NCBI GenBank assembly: GCA_031391655.1
Contig: JANMUO010000132.1
Location: 1 to 38,120 of the forward strand
Source: Betaproteobacteria bacterium
Lineage (GTDB): Bacteria; Pseudomonadota; Gammaproteobacteria; Burkholderiales; SG8-39
Reading direction: 5' to 3'
Length of the DNA stretch: 38,120 bases
Part shown: positions 21,981 to 31,308 of the stretch, one piece after another
Layout of the letters: each line of letters starts with the position of its first letter
How positions within the stretch are numbered: the stretch's first letter is position 1
Translations under genes and position numbers: made by a program
The notes under the pieces: model-generated
The model's database searches: none
Told to the model about the DNA's origin: nothing
Seen by the model: the letters and a program-made list of their open reading frames with translations, nothing else

Positions 21981-23072
21981 TCACCGCAGCTTCAGCGTCG
22001 ACAGGCCGAACAGCACCAGCATCATGGTGATGATCCAGAAGCGCACCACCACCTGGGATTCCTTCCAGCCCTCCAGCTCGTAGTGGTGGTGCAGCGGCGC
22101 CATGCGGAAAATGCGCTTGCCGCCGGTGGCCTTGAAGTAGCCCACTTGCATGATCACAGACAGCGTCTCGGCGACGAACACGCCGCCCATGATGAAGAGC
22201 ACGATTTCCTGCCGCACGATCACGGCGATGGTGCCGAGCGCCGCGCCAAGCGCGAGCGCGCCGACATCGCCCATGAACACTTCCGCCGGGTAGGCGTTGA
22301 ACCACAGGAACCCCAGGCCGGCGCCAGCCAGCGCGCCGCAGAACACGGTCAGCTCGCCGGCGCCCGGGATGTGGGGCAGGCCGAGGTACTTGCTGAATAC
22401 GCTGTGCCCCGCGACGTAGGCGAAGATGCCCAGCGCGCTGCCGATCATCACCGCCGGCATGATCGCCAGGCCGTCGAGCCCGTCGGTGAGGTTGACGGCG
22501 TTGGAGGTGCCGACGATGACGAAGTAGGTGAGGATGATGAAGCCGATGGGGCCGAGGGGATAGGCGACGAACTTGAAGAACGGCACGATCAGCTCGTTCA
22601 GCGCCGGCGTGCCCTGCGAGAGGCTGGCGAGGTAGGCCGCCGCCGACAGGCCGATGGCCGATTGCCAGAACAGCTTCGTGCGCGCGGACAGGCCCTTCGG
22701 GTTGCGGTGCACGACCTTGCGGTAGTCGTCCACCCAGCCGATGGCGCCGAAGCCGAGCGTCACCAGCAGCACCACCCACAGGTAGCGGTTCTGCAGGTCG
22801 CCCCACAACAGCGTGGTGATGCCGATCGACAGCAGGATCAGCGCCCCGCCCATGGTCGGCGTGCCGGCCTTGGTGAGGTGCGACTTGGGCCCGTCGTCGC
22901 GCACCGACTGGCCGATCTTGTAGGCCGTCAGCTTGCGGATCACGTAGGGGCCGAGGATGAGCGAAATCGCGAGCGCGGTGAGGCAGGCGAGCACCGCGCG
23001 CAGCGTGATGTAGTTGAAGACGTTGAACAGCCGCACGTCGCGGGCCAGCCATTGCGCGAAATCGAGCAGCAT
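21981..23072 (-). CDS. mraY: Phospho-N-acetylmuramoyl-pentapeptide transferase
   Basis: [41 protein letters not shown]. Confidence 0.98.
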   Translation of the reverse strand: MLLDFAQWLARDVRLFNVFNYITLRAVLACLTALAISLILGPYVIRKLTAYKIGQSVRDDGPKSHLTKAGTPTMGGALILLSIGITTLLWGDLQNRYLWVVLLVTLGFGAIGWVDDYRKVVHRNPKGLSARTKLFWQSAIGLSAAAYLASLSQGTPALNELIVPFFKFVAYPLGPIGFIILTYFVIVGTSNAVNLTDGLDGLAIMPAVMIGSALGIFAYVAGHSVFSKYLGLPHIPGAGELTVFCGALAGAGLGFLWFNAYPAEVFMGDVGALALGAALGTIAVIVRQEIVLFIMGGVFVAETLSVIMQVGYFKATGGKRIFRMAPLHHHYELEGWKESQVVVRFWIITMMLVLFGLSTLKLR

Positions 23073-24424
23073 CAGTGCCCTCCCTGGGCTTCGCCGGTGA
23101 GCGCGGCCACCACGCGCTCCATGCGCATGAAGCGCGAACCTTTCACCAGCACGGTCACGCCGTGCGGCAACGCCTTGACCAGGTCCTCGGGCGCCGTGAA
23201 ATGCCGGCCCTCCGGGCCGAAGGCTTTCGCCGCTTCGCGGCTCGCCTCGCCCATCGCGTACAGCGCGCCGATCCTGCTTGCCCGCGCATACGCGCCGACC
23301 TCGCGGTGGAACTCCGGTCCCTGCGCACCGACTTCCCCCATGTCGCCCAGCACCAGCACGGTCGGCGCGGCGCAGGCGGCGAGCACGTCGATCGCGGCTC
23401 GCACCGAATCGGGGTTGGCGTTGTAGCTGTCGTCGATCACGGTCGCGCCGCCCGCAGCGTGCTTCACCTGCAGCCGGCCGAGGTAAGGCCGGAACGCGTC
23501 GAGACCGGCGCCGATCGCAACGGGCGGCACGCCGACGGCGTAGGCGCACGCCGCAGCGGCAAGCGCATTGCGCACGTTGTGCAGCCCGGGAATGGCGAGG
23601 GTCGCCGAACACTTCCCGTCGGGCGTGGAGAGCGTGATCATGCTCGACAGCGGTTTCAATGCGTAGCTGCCGCTCACGGGGGCCGGCTCCCCAAGGCCGA
23701 ACTCCACCTTCCTGCGCGAGCCTGCCGCGCGGCGGAACACTGCGGCCTGCGCGTCGTCGGCGTTGATCACCGCCACGCCGTCGGCCGGCAGCGCCTCGAA
23801 CACGCTTGCGTTCTCCGCGGCGACCGCCTCCACGTTCTTCATGAACTCGAGATGCTCACGCTGCGCGTTGTTGACCAGCGCCGCGCTCGGCCGGGCGATC
23901 GCTGCCAGGTAGGCGATCTCGCCCGGATGATTCATGCCGAGCTCCACGACCGCATACTGGTGCGCGGCGCGCAGGCCGAGCAACGTGACCGGCACGCCGA
24001 TGTCGGTGTTCAGGTTGCCCGGGGTGGCGTGCACCGCCGCCTCGCCCGCATGCGCGCGCAAGATCGCGGCCAGCATTTCCTTGGTGGTGGTCTTGCCGTT
24101 GGAGCCCGTGACCGCGATCAGCGTCGGCTTGAAGCGCCCGCGCCACCCGCGCCCGAGGCGGCCCAGGGCGCGGCGCGTGTCATCGACCACGATCACCGGC
24201 AACGGCGCGGCGCCCGGGTGGCCGCCGTCCACCATTGCGCCCGCGGCGCCTTTGTCGCGCGCCATGGCGAGGAACCCGTGCCCGTCGTAGCGCTCGCCGC
24301 GGATGGCGACGAACAGCTCGCCCCTCGCCAGGCTGCGGCTGTCCGTGGATACGCCGCCGAATACGGCGTCGGCGCCGTTCAGCCGGCCTTCGGCATAGCG
24401 CGCGGCCTCGGCGAGGCCCATCAT
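23072..24424 (-). CDS. murF: UDP-N-acetylmuramoyl-tripeptide--D-alanyl-D-alanine ligase
   Basis: [44 protein letters not shown]. Confidence 0.97.
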   Translation of the reverse strand: MMGLAEAARYAEGRLNGADAVFGGVSTDSRSLARGELFVAIRGERYDGHGFLAMARDKGAAGAMVDGGHPGAAPLPVIVVDDTRRALGRLGRGWRGRFKPTLIAVTGSNGKTTTKEMLAAILRAHAGEAAVHATPGNLNTDIGVPVTLLGLRAAHQYAVVELGMNHPGEIAYLAAIARPSAALVNNAQREHLEFMKNVEAVAAENASVFEALPADGVAVINADDAQAAVFRRAAGSRRKVEFGLGEPAPVSGSYALKPLSSMITLSTPDGKCSATLAIPGLHNVRNALAAAACAYAVGVPPVAIGAGLDAFRPYLGRLQVKHAAGGATVIDDSYNANPDSVRAAIDVLAACAAPTVLVLGDMGEVGAQGPEFHREVGAYARASRIGALYAMGEASREAAKAFGPEGRHFTAPEDLVKALPHGVTVLVKGSRFMRMERVVAALTGEAQGGH

Positions 24425-25845
24425 CGCTGCCCCGCCCTGCGCGATAGCGCGGCGTGCGCCACGGCCGCGTCGGAAAACGGCAGCCGCTGCCCTCTGGTTT
24501 CCTGCCAGGCCTCGTGGCCCTTGCCCGAGATCAGCACGACATCGGCGTCCGCGGCCTGGGCGATCGCGGCTTCGACGGCGCGCGTCCGGTCGATCTCGAC
24601 ATCGTGCGGCGAGCTGATGCCGGCTGCGATCTCGCGCACGATGGCCATCGGCTCTTCGCTGCGCGGGTTGTCCGAGGTGAGCACGATGCGATCGGCGAGG
24701 CGCGCTGCAACCGCGCCCATCATCCCGCGCTTGCTGCGGTCGCGGTCGCCACCCGCGCCGAACACCGCCACCAGGCGTCCGCCGCGCGCATCAGCCACCT
24801 GGCGCAGGGCCTGTAGCACCTTGTCGAGCGCATCCGGGGTGTGCGCGTAGTCGATCACCGTGAGCGGCGCATCTCCGACGCGTTGCATGCGCCCGAGCAC
24901 TGCAGGGAGCTTCGCCAGCGCGGCGACCGCTTGCGTGAATGTCAGGCCGGCGGCCAGCAAGCATCCGAGCACCCCGAGGGCATTGGCGACGTTGAAGCGT
25001 CCGAGCTGCTGGAACTCGGTGGACGCCTGCCCCCAGCTGGTCTCCAGCGACAGGCGCCCTGCCTCGATGCGCGATGCAGCCACGAACTCCGCAACGCTGC
25101 CGGGGGCCACGCCGCCAGGCGACAGGCTGTAGCCGATGGTGCGCAGCCCGCGCTCGCGCAGGCGCAATGCCAGGTGGACGCCGAACGCGTCGTCGAGGTT
25201 GAGCACGGCGCAGTCCAGGCCTTCGGCGTCGAACAGCTTCGCCTTGGCGGCGGCGTAGGCGTCCAGCGTGCCGTGATAGTCGAGGTGGTCGTGCGTGAGG
25301 TTCGTGAACAGCGCGCAATCGAAAGCCACGCCGTTGACGCGGCCCTGGTCCAGGCCGTGCGAAGAGACTTCCATCGCCACCGCTGCGGCACCGGCGCCCC
25401 GCATGCCAGCGAGGAGCCGGTGCAGCTCGAGCGCATCGGGCGTGGTGTTGCCCGCGCCTTCGAGCGCGCCGCGAAAGCCCGCGCCGAGCGTGCCGATTAC
25501 ACCGCATTTCGTGCCCGCATCGCCCAGGGCCGCCGCAATCCATTGGCTGCAGGACGTCTTGCCGTTGGTGCCGGTGACGCCACAAGTCCATAGCGCTTCG
25601 CTCGGCCGCCCGTAGAACTCGTGGGCGATCCCGCCCGCCGCCTGCTTGAGCCCCCGCACCGGCGCATTCGGCGCGCGCCATGCGTCGCGCCAGGCGAAGC
25701 CCTCGGCCTCCCACAGCACGCCGGCCGCCCCGCGCTCCACCGCACCCGCAATGTGGTCGCGGCCGTCTGCGACCGTGCCCGGATAGGCGAGGAAGGCGAC
25801 CCCGGGCGCGCAACGGCGGCTGTCCGAGCTCAGGTGCTGGATCAC
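24421..25845 (-). CDS. murE: UDP-N-acetylmuramoyl-dipeptide--meso-diaminopimelate ligase; true start may be at 25887-25890
   Basis: TGTNGKTS, TTPD, MEVSSH, HDHLDYH, DYAHTPDAL, DNPR (meso-DAP-type motif), GKGHE. Confidence 0.96.
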   Translation of the reverse strand: MIQHLSSDSRRCAPGVAFLAYPGTVADGRDHIAGAVERGAAGVLWEAEGFAWRDAWRAPNAPVRGLKQAAGGIAHEFYGRPSEALWTCGVTGTNGKTSCSQWIAAALGDAGTKCGVIGTLGAGFRGALEGAGNTTPDALELHRLLAGMRGAGAAAVAMEVSSHGLDQGRVNGVAFDCALFTNLTHDHLDYHGTLDAYAAAKAKLFDAEGLDCAVLNLDDAFGVHLALRLRERGLRTIGYSLSPGGVAPGSVAEFVAASRIEAGRLSLETSWGQASTEFQQLGRFNVANALGVLGCLLAAGLTFTQAVAALAKLPAVLGRMQRVGDAPLTVIDYAHTPDALDKVLQALRQVADARGGRLVAVFGAGGDRDRSKRGMMGAVAARLADRIVLTSDNPRSEEPMAIVREIAAGISSPHDVEIDRTRAVEAAIAQAADADVVLISGKGHEAWQETRGQRLPFSDAAVAHAALSRRAGQR

Positions 25846-25886
25846 GGCGCCCTGTTCGGCCAGCCTGGCAAGGAGAGCGGCGCCAA

Positions 25887-27614
25887 TCAGGTGCTCTCCC
25901 GGGCTTCCTCGCCCTCGCCGGGCAGCGGCACGGGCTCGAGTGGCGCGTCGTGCGGCACGCCGAGCAGGCGCAACGCCCCCTGCATGATCTGCGCGAACAC
26001 CGGCGCTGCCACCATGCCGCCGTAATGCTTGCCAGCTGCGGGCTCGTCAATCATCACTGCGACGACGATGCGCGGGTCGCTCGCCGGCGCCAGGCCGACG
26101 AAGGAAGAGATGTACTTGTCCGGCGCGTAGCTGCCGTTCTCCTGCTTGTGCGCGGTGCCGGTCTTGCCGGCCACGCGCCAGCCCATGATGCGGGCGCGCG
26201 GCGCGGTGCCACCGGGCTGCACCGCCAGCTCGAGCATCGCGCGGACCTCGCGCGCGGTTTGCGGCGAGACCACGCGCGTGCCGGCGGCGGGGGCGCCCGC
26301 CTTGACGAGGGTAAGCGGCACCAGCTCGCCATCGCGCGCGAACATGGTGTAGGCGCGCGCGAGCTGCGCCAGGCTTACTGAGATGCCGTGGCCGTAGGCC
26401 ATGGTGGCCTGCTCCACCGGCCGCCAGGTGTGCGCCGCGCGCAGCCTGCCGCCCGCCTCGCCGGGAAATCCGAGCTGCGGCGCGATGCCGAAGCCGGCGC
26501 GGTTGAACAAGTCCCACATCTCCTCGCGCGGCAGCGACAGCGCGATCCGCGCCGCTCCCACGTTGGAGGAACGCTGGATCACCTGCGCGACGCTGACCGG
26601 GCCTTCCGGGTGCAAGTCGCGGATCGTGTAGTTGGCGATGCGCAGTGGGTCCTGGCCGGAGCTGACCAGGCTGCGCGGGGTCACCCTGCCCGATTCAAGC
26701 GCCAGCGCCACGGTAAAGGGCTTGAGCGTCGAGCCGGGCTCGAAGGAGTCCGTCAGCACGCGGTTGCGCAGCTGGGCGCCCGAGAGCCGGGCGCGGTTGT
26801 TCGGATTGAACGAGGGCAGGTTGACGAGCGCCAGCACTTCGCCCGTGCGCACGTCGATCGCCACGGCCGCGCCGGCCTGCGCCTTGTGCTCGGCGACCGC
26901 AGCCCTCAGCACGCCGTAGGCGAGGCTCTGGATCTTGCCGTCGATCGACAGCTTCAGGTCCTTGCCGTCCTGCGCGTCGCGGATCGACTCGACATCTTCC
27001 ACCACCCGGCCGAGGCGGTCCTTGATCACGCGCCGGCTGCCCGGCACACCGCCCAGGCTCGCCTGGTGGGCAAGCTCGATGCCCTCCTGCCCCGCTTCGT
27101 CCAGCCCGGTGAAGCCGACCAGGTGCGCGGTGACCTCGCCACCCGGGTAGTAGCGGCGGAACTCGCGATGCTGGTGCAGGCCCGGCACGCCGAGCTGCGC
27201 CACCTGCTCGGCCTGCTCGGGCGCGATGTGCCGCTTGAGGTAGACGAAATCGCGCGTCGTGTCGCCGAGCCGCTTGCGCAGTTCGCGCGGCTCCAGGCCG
27301 AGCAGCGACGCGAGCTTCTTCAGCTGCGCCGGGGTCGCCACCACGTCCTCCGGGATCGCCCACACCGACTGCACCGGCGTGGAAATGGCGAGCGCCTCGC
27401 CGTGGCGATCGAGGATGCGGCCGCGCGTGCCCGGGATCTCGAGCACCCGGCTATAGCGCGCCTCGCCTTTTTCCTGCAGGAAGCCGGTGTGCAGGGCCTG
27501 CAGGTAGACCGACCGGCCGGCCAGCACCGCGAATGCGGCGAGCATCGCGCACATCACCGCGCGCGCGCGCCACACCGGCAGTCGCACCATGCCCGAGGCG
27601 GCCACTGCGCTCAT
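25887..27614 (-). CDS. ftsI: Septal transpeptidase PBP3
   Basis: RGRILDR, RRYYP, EPGSTLK (SxxK), SSN (SxN), GKTGT (KTG). Confidence 0.97.
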   Translation of the reverse strand: MSAVAASGMVRLPVWRARAVMCAMLAAFAVLAGRSVYLQALHTGFLQEKGEARYSRVLEIPGTRGRILDRHGEALAISTPVQSVWAIPEDVVATPAQLKKLASLLGLEPRELRKRLGDTTRDFVYLKRHIAPEQAEQVAQLGVPGLHQHREFRRYYPGGEVTAHLVGFTGLDEAGQEGIELAHQASLGGVPGSRRVIKDRLGRVVEDVESIRDAQDGKDLKLSIDGKIQSLAYGVLRAAVAEHKAQAGAAVAIDVRTGEVLALVNLPSFNPNNRARLSGAQLRNRVLTDSFEPGSTLKPFTVALALESGRVTPRSLVSSGQDPLRIANYTIRDLHPEGPVSVAQVIQRSSNVGAARIALSLPREEMWDLFNRAGFGIAPQLGFPGEAGGRLRAAHTWRPVEQATMAYGHGISVSLAQLARAYTMFARDGELVPLTLVKAGAPAAGTRVVSPQTAREVRAMLELAVQPGGTAPRARIMGWRVAGKTGTAHKQENGSYAPDKYISSFVGLAPASDPRIVVAVMIDEPAAGKHYGGMVAAPVFAQIMQGALRLLGVPHDAPLEPVPLPGEGEEAREST

Positions 27615-27883
27615 CGCGGCGCCTCGCGCTCCACGATGCGCACGCGGCGAACGTCCGGCGTGTGCATCCCCAGGGTGCCGGCGGCAACTTTCTCGACGCG
27701 CGCGTGCAGGCCCCAGGTGCTCGCTTCGAGCTGCAGCCGGCCGTAGTCGATCTCCAGCTCGCGCGCGCGCGCCTGCTCGCGCTCGAGATCGGAGAACAGC
27801 TTGCGGGCCTTGTGCTGGGAAGTAACGAGCCCGAGCGCGCAGACGACGAGAACCAGGAGGAGGAGGAGGTTCAGCTTCGCCAC
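27611..27883 (-). CDS. ftsL: Cell division protein FtsL
   Basis: 90 aa with an N-terminal TM followed by a coiled coil (ARKLFSDLE...LQLE, RVEKVA); lies between rsmH and ftsI. Confidence 0.92.
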   Translation of the reverse strand: MAKLNLLLLLVLVVCALGLVTSQHKARKLFSDLEREQARARELEIDYGRLQLEASTWGLHARVEKVAAGTLGMHTPDVRRVRIVEREAPR

Positions 27884-28854
27884 GCGTCGGGCTCGATTCG
27901 GGTGATCAATGAGGGGTCAAAGGGGGCCGCCGTGCGCTCGGCCACGCGCAGCACGGCGCTGCGCGCGCGCGGGTTCGCGGCGATTTCGGCGGCGGAGGGG
28001 CGCATCGGCTTGCCGAGGATTGTGAGCAACGCTTGTGGCATCTCGCTGGCGCGCAGGGGCAAATCCCGTGGCAGCACGGGGCGCGCGCACGACAGGAGGA
28101 ACCGCTTGACGATGCGGTCCTCCAGGGAATGGAAGGCGATCACTGCCAGCAGCCCGCCCGGCGCCAGGTGCTCCACCGCCTGCGGCAGCATCAGCGACAC
28201 TTCCTCAAGCTCCCGATTGACGAAAATCCGTAGAGCTTGAAAGGTGCGCGTCGCCGGATCCTGGCCCGGCTCCCGTGTGCGGACCGCCGTACCCACGAGA
28301 TCGGCAAGTTCGCGGGTCGTGCGGATGGGCGCGTTCCGGCGAGCAGCAGCAATCGCCGCTGCAACCTGTTTAGCAAACCGTTCTTCCCCATATCCCCCGA
28401 TGACCTCTCTGAGTTGCGCTTCGCTCGCCACGGCCAGCCAGTCGGCCGCGGACTGCCCCTGCGTCGTGTCCATGCGCATGTCGAGCGGGCCGTCGGCGCG
28501 GAAGGAAAACCCGCGCGCCGGATCGTCGATCTGCGGGGAGGACACGCCCAGGTCGAACAGCATTCCGTGCGCCTGCGCCACGCCCTTTGCTTCGAGCGCA
28601 TGCGCGAGCCCGCTGAATGCCGTGTGCACGATGGAAAAACGCGCGTCGCGGACCTGCCGCGCCGCCTCGACCGCCTGCGGATCCCGGTCGAGCGCGATCA
28701 ACCGCCCGCGCGGTCCCAGCCTCTCGAGGATCAGCCGGCTGTGCCCGCCGCGGCCGAAGGTGCCGTCGACGTAGATGCCCTCGGGCCGCAACGCCAGCGC
28801 ATCGACGGCCTCGGTGGCGAGAACTGCGCGGTGCGTGGGGGTAGTGGCGCTCAT
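27871..28854 (-). CDS. rsmH: 16S rRNA m4C1402 methyltransferase (MraW)
   Basis: [52 protein letters not shown]. Confidence 0.98.
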   Translation of the reverse strand: MSATTPTHRAVLATEAVDALALRPEGIYVDGTFGRGGHSRLILERLGPRGRLIALDRDPQAVEAARQVRDARFSIVHTAFSGLAHALEAKGVAQAHGMLFDLGVSSPQIDDPARGFSFRADGPLDMRMDTTQGQSAADWLAVASEAQLREVIGGYGEERFAKQVAAAIAAARRNAPIRTTRELADLVGTAVRTREPGQDPATRTFQALRIFVNRELEEVSLMLPQAVEHLAPGGLLAVIAFHSLEDRIVKRFLLSCARPVLPRDLPLRASEMPQALLTILGKPMRPSAAEIAANPRARSAVLRVAERTAAPFDPSLITRIEPDAWRS

Positions 28855-28872
28855 CTGGGGGCGCGCCCGCGC

Positions 28873-29322
28873 TCACAGCGAGAAATCCTCCATGCCGGGA
28901 GGCGGCGCGGCGGGGCCGGAAAGCGCCTGCGTGAGCTTGGCGTTCCAGAGGGCGGAGTCCCACAGTTCGAAATACCCGCCCTGCCCGACCAGCATCAGGT
29001 CGCGCTCCAGGCGCGCGTGCTGGCGCAGCGCGCCAGAGAGCAGGATGCGGCCCGAACCATCGGGGACCACGTGCTCTTCGAAACCCAGCAGCAGCCGCTT
29101 CCACCAACTGGCCTGCGGGTGAAAGCTCGGGAAGGTTTCAGCCTTGGCGCGCACCGGCTCCCAGGCAGCGGGCGGATACAGCAACACGCAGCCTTCCGGA
29201 TGCGCTGTCAGCACGACGTGCTTCGAACTGGCGAGCAGCGCTTCGCGGTGTCGAGTGGGGATAGCCAGGCGCCCTTTCGCGTCCAGCGTCACCACCGTTG
29301 CGCCGTGAAATGTCCCGCCCAT
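28873..29322 (-). CDS. mraZ: dcw cluster transcriptional repressor MraZ
   Basis: Two DxxGR motifs (LDAKGRLAIP, DGSGRILL), FELWD; first gene of the dcw cluster. Confidence 0.95.
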   Translation of the reverse strand: MGGTFHGATVVTLDAKGRLAIPTRHREALLASSKHVVLTAHPEGCVLLYPPAAWEPVRAKAETFPSFHPQASWWKRLLLGFEEHVVPDGSGRILLSGALRQHARLERDLMLVGQGGYFELWDSALWNAKLTQALSGPAAPPPGMEDFSL

Positions 29323-29330
29323 TTGGGTTT

Positions 29331-29360
29331 AACCACCTTTTTCTACTTTTCCCCACTTTA
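29331..29360 (-). promoter_or_regulatory. Three MraZ-binding direct repeats with 10-bp period
   Basis: Minus strand AAAGTGGGG-AAAAGTAGA-AAAAGGTGGT; plus-strand cores CCAC/CTAC/CCAC start at 29333, 29343 and 29353. Matches the known GTGGG-type MraZ boxes. Confidence 0.8.
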
Positions 29361-29384
29361 AGGGGAAACAGGCGGGCGGGTCAA
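29355..29384 (-). promoter_or_regulatory. Putative sigma70 promoter of the dcw cluster
   Basis: TTGACC (29384-29379), 18-nt spacer, TAAAGT (29360-29355); the -10 overlaps the first MraZ repeat. Confidence 0.65.
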
Positions 29385-29509
29385 GCCAAATCTTCAGGCC
29401 TGACAAAGACTTAGCGCTGTTTTTAGAGGCTGATTCTGTAAATTAAATATTTATTACATTCAATAACTTACAAAAGCTACTGAATGTGGCTTCTTAGAAC
29501 GTGGAATGA

Positions 29510-30586
29510 CTAGGCTCGGGCGAGCCTGTCGAGATCCGGGGCAGCCACCCCGACCTTCGCGCCAGCCGCGTGGATCTCCTGCCAGGTGTTGGCGTCCACG
29601 GCAATGCCCTCCTTCTCGCGCCTGGCGCGCGTCTCGCGCTCCGGGTCGCCGGCGATGCGCACGCGATCGCTGCCCGGCGCGGGCGGGGACTTCTTCACCC
29701 AGGAGATGAATTCGCGCGCTTCGCTCTCGAAAACCGGCGCGGTTCCCAGCTTCTGCGGGTCGATGAGGATGGTCAGCATGCCGTTCAGCACGCGCTTCTT
29801 GGAGCGGTCTTCCGTGTGCCAGGTGCCGCCGCCGGCGAGCGCGCCGCCCAGCAGCTCGCACACCACGGCGAGCCCGTACCCCTTGTGCAGGCCAAACGTG
29901 GTGAGCGCGCCGAATGGCTCGATCACGCCGAAGCGCGCATCAAGGGTCGGGCGGCCCTGGTCGTCCAGCAGCAGCCCGGGCGGCATCTTCTCGCCCTTGT
30001 TGTGCGCGACGCGCACTTTGCCCTGCGCCACGCCGCTGGTCGCCATGTCGAGGATGAACGGCGCCTGCCCGGCGAGCGGGATGCCGATGGTGCAGGGGTT
30101 GGTGCCAAAGCGCGCGTCGCTGCCGCCGAAGGGCGCGACGATGGAGCGCGAGATGACGTTGACGAAACTGATCGACACCAGCCCTTCGGCCACCGCCTGC
30201 TCGGCCCACTGGCCGATGCGGCAAAGGTGGTGCGAATTCGACAGCGCCATCACGCACACGCCGTGCTGTTTCGCGCGCGCGATGGCGATCGCCGTCGACT
30301 CCAGGCCGATCACCTGGCCGTAGCCGGCCTGCCCGTCGAGCGCGACCAGCGCGCCGCCATCGAACTTCACGTCCGGGTGGCGGTTGGGCTGCAGGCCGCC
30401 CTCCTTGAGCGAATCGACGTAGCGCGGGATCATGCCAATGCCATGCGAGTCGTGCCCGGTGAGGTTGGCGGTGATGAGGTTGTCGGCGACGATGCGCGCC
30501 TCGCGCGGCTCGCTGCCGCCGGCGGCGACGATCGCCTCGATCGCGCGCGCCAGCGACGCGGGCTTGAACAGGTGGTTGGTGGCCAT
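29510..30586 (-). CDS. Ldh_2 family malate/lactate/ureidoglycolate dehydrogenase (YbiC/HcxB-like hydroxycarboxylate dehydrogenase)
   Basis: GHDSHG, DGQAGYGQ, NSHH, GTNP, LDMATS, HKGYGLA motifs. Confidence 0.9.
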   Translation of the reverse strand: MATNHLFKPASLARAIEAIVAAGGSEPREARIVADNLITANLTGHDSHGIGMIPRYVDSLKEGGLQPNRHPDVKFDGGALVALDGQAGYGQVIGLESTAIAIARAKQHGVCVMALSNSHHLCRIGQWAEQAVAEGLVSISFVNVISRSIVAPFGGSDARFGTNPCTIGIPLAGQAPFILDMATSGVAQGKVRVAHNKGEKMPPGLLLDDQGRPTLDARFGVIEPFGALTTFGLHKGYGLAVVCELLGGALAGGGTWHTEDRSKKRVLNGMLTILIDPQKLGTAPVFESEAREFISWVKKSPPAPGSDRVRIAGDPERETRARREKEGIAVDANTWQEIHAAGAKVGVAAPDLDRLARA

Positions 30587-30593
30587 GGGGCCG

Positions 30594-30603
30594 AGTTTAT
30601 AAT
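30594..30603. promoter_or_regulatory. Overlapping divergent -10 elements in a 41-bp spacer
   Basis: AGTTTATAAT gives TATAAT on + (30598-30603) and TAAACT on - (30599-30594). Confidence 0.5.
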
Positions 30604-30627
30604 GGCCCGGCCACCCTGCAACGGCCC

Positions 30628-31308
30628 ATGATCGACAAGTTCATTTCCTCCGCCGCCGCCGCACTCACCGACGTTCCCGACGGCGCCACGGTGATGATTG
30701 GCGGCTTCGGCAACGCCGGCATGCCGGCCGAACTGATCGATGCGCTGATCGCGCAGGGCGCGAAGGGCCTCACGGTCGTCAACAACAACGCCGGCAACGC
30801 CGACGCCGGCCTCGCCGCGCTGATCGGCGCCGGGCGCGTGAGGAAGATCATCTGCTCCTTCCCGCGCCAAACCGATTCCTGGCACTTCGACAAGGCCTAC
30901 CGCGCGGGCGAGCTCGAGCTGGAACTCGTGCCGCAGGGCACGCTCGCCGAGCGCATCCGCGCCGCCGGCGCCGGGGTCGGCGCCTTCTACACACCCACCG
31001 CCTTCGGCACCAAGCTGGCCGAAGGCAAGGAGACGCGCCGCATCGGCGATCGCGACTACGTGCTCGAGTATCCGATCCACGCCGACTTCGCGCTGATCAA
31101 GGCGGACCGCGCCGACCGCTGGGGCAACCTCAGCTACCGCATGACGGCGCGCAATTTCGGGCCGATCATGGCGGCGGCCGCGAAATGCACCGTGGCGCAG
31201 GTGCGCGAGACGGTGGCGCTGGGAGAGCTCGACCCGGAGGCCGTCGTCACGGCGGGGATCTTCGTCAAACGCGTCGTGCGCATTGCGCCACTGATGAGGG
31301 CCGCATGA
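30628..31308 (+). CDS. pcaI: 3-oxoacid (3-oxoadipate-type) CoA-transferase subunit A
   Basis: MIDK start, IGGFG, NNNAGN, CSFPRQ, PQGTLAERIRAAGAG, ARNFGPIMA. Confidence 0.85.
   Translation: MIDKFISSAAAALTDVPDGATVMIGGFGNAGMPAELIDALIAQGAKGLTVVNNNAGNADAGLAALIGAGRVRKIICSFPRQTDSWHFDKAYRAGELELELVPQGTLAERIRAAGAGVGAFYTPTAFGTKLAEGKETRRIGDRDYVLEYPIHADFALIKADRADRWGNLSYRMTARNFGPIMAAAAKCTVAQVRETVALGELDPEAVVTAGIFVKRVVRIAPLMRAA

Noticed and set aside
29331-29360. 10-bp periodic repeats as a possible CRISPR or iteron array
   Set aside because: Only three short degenerate units with no spacers or cas/rep genes; explained as MraZ boxes.
29436-29451. Possible LexA box (CTGTAAATTAAATATT)
   Set aside because: Only the left CTGT half-site matches; the right half lacks ACAG.
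29323-29509. Possible RNase P RNA (rnpB) or other ncRNA upstream of mraZ, as in some Proteobacteria
   Set aside because: The gap is only 187 bp, AT-rich, and lacks the GAGGAAAGTCC signature or evident stable helices.
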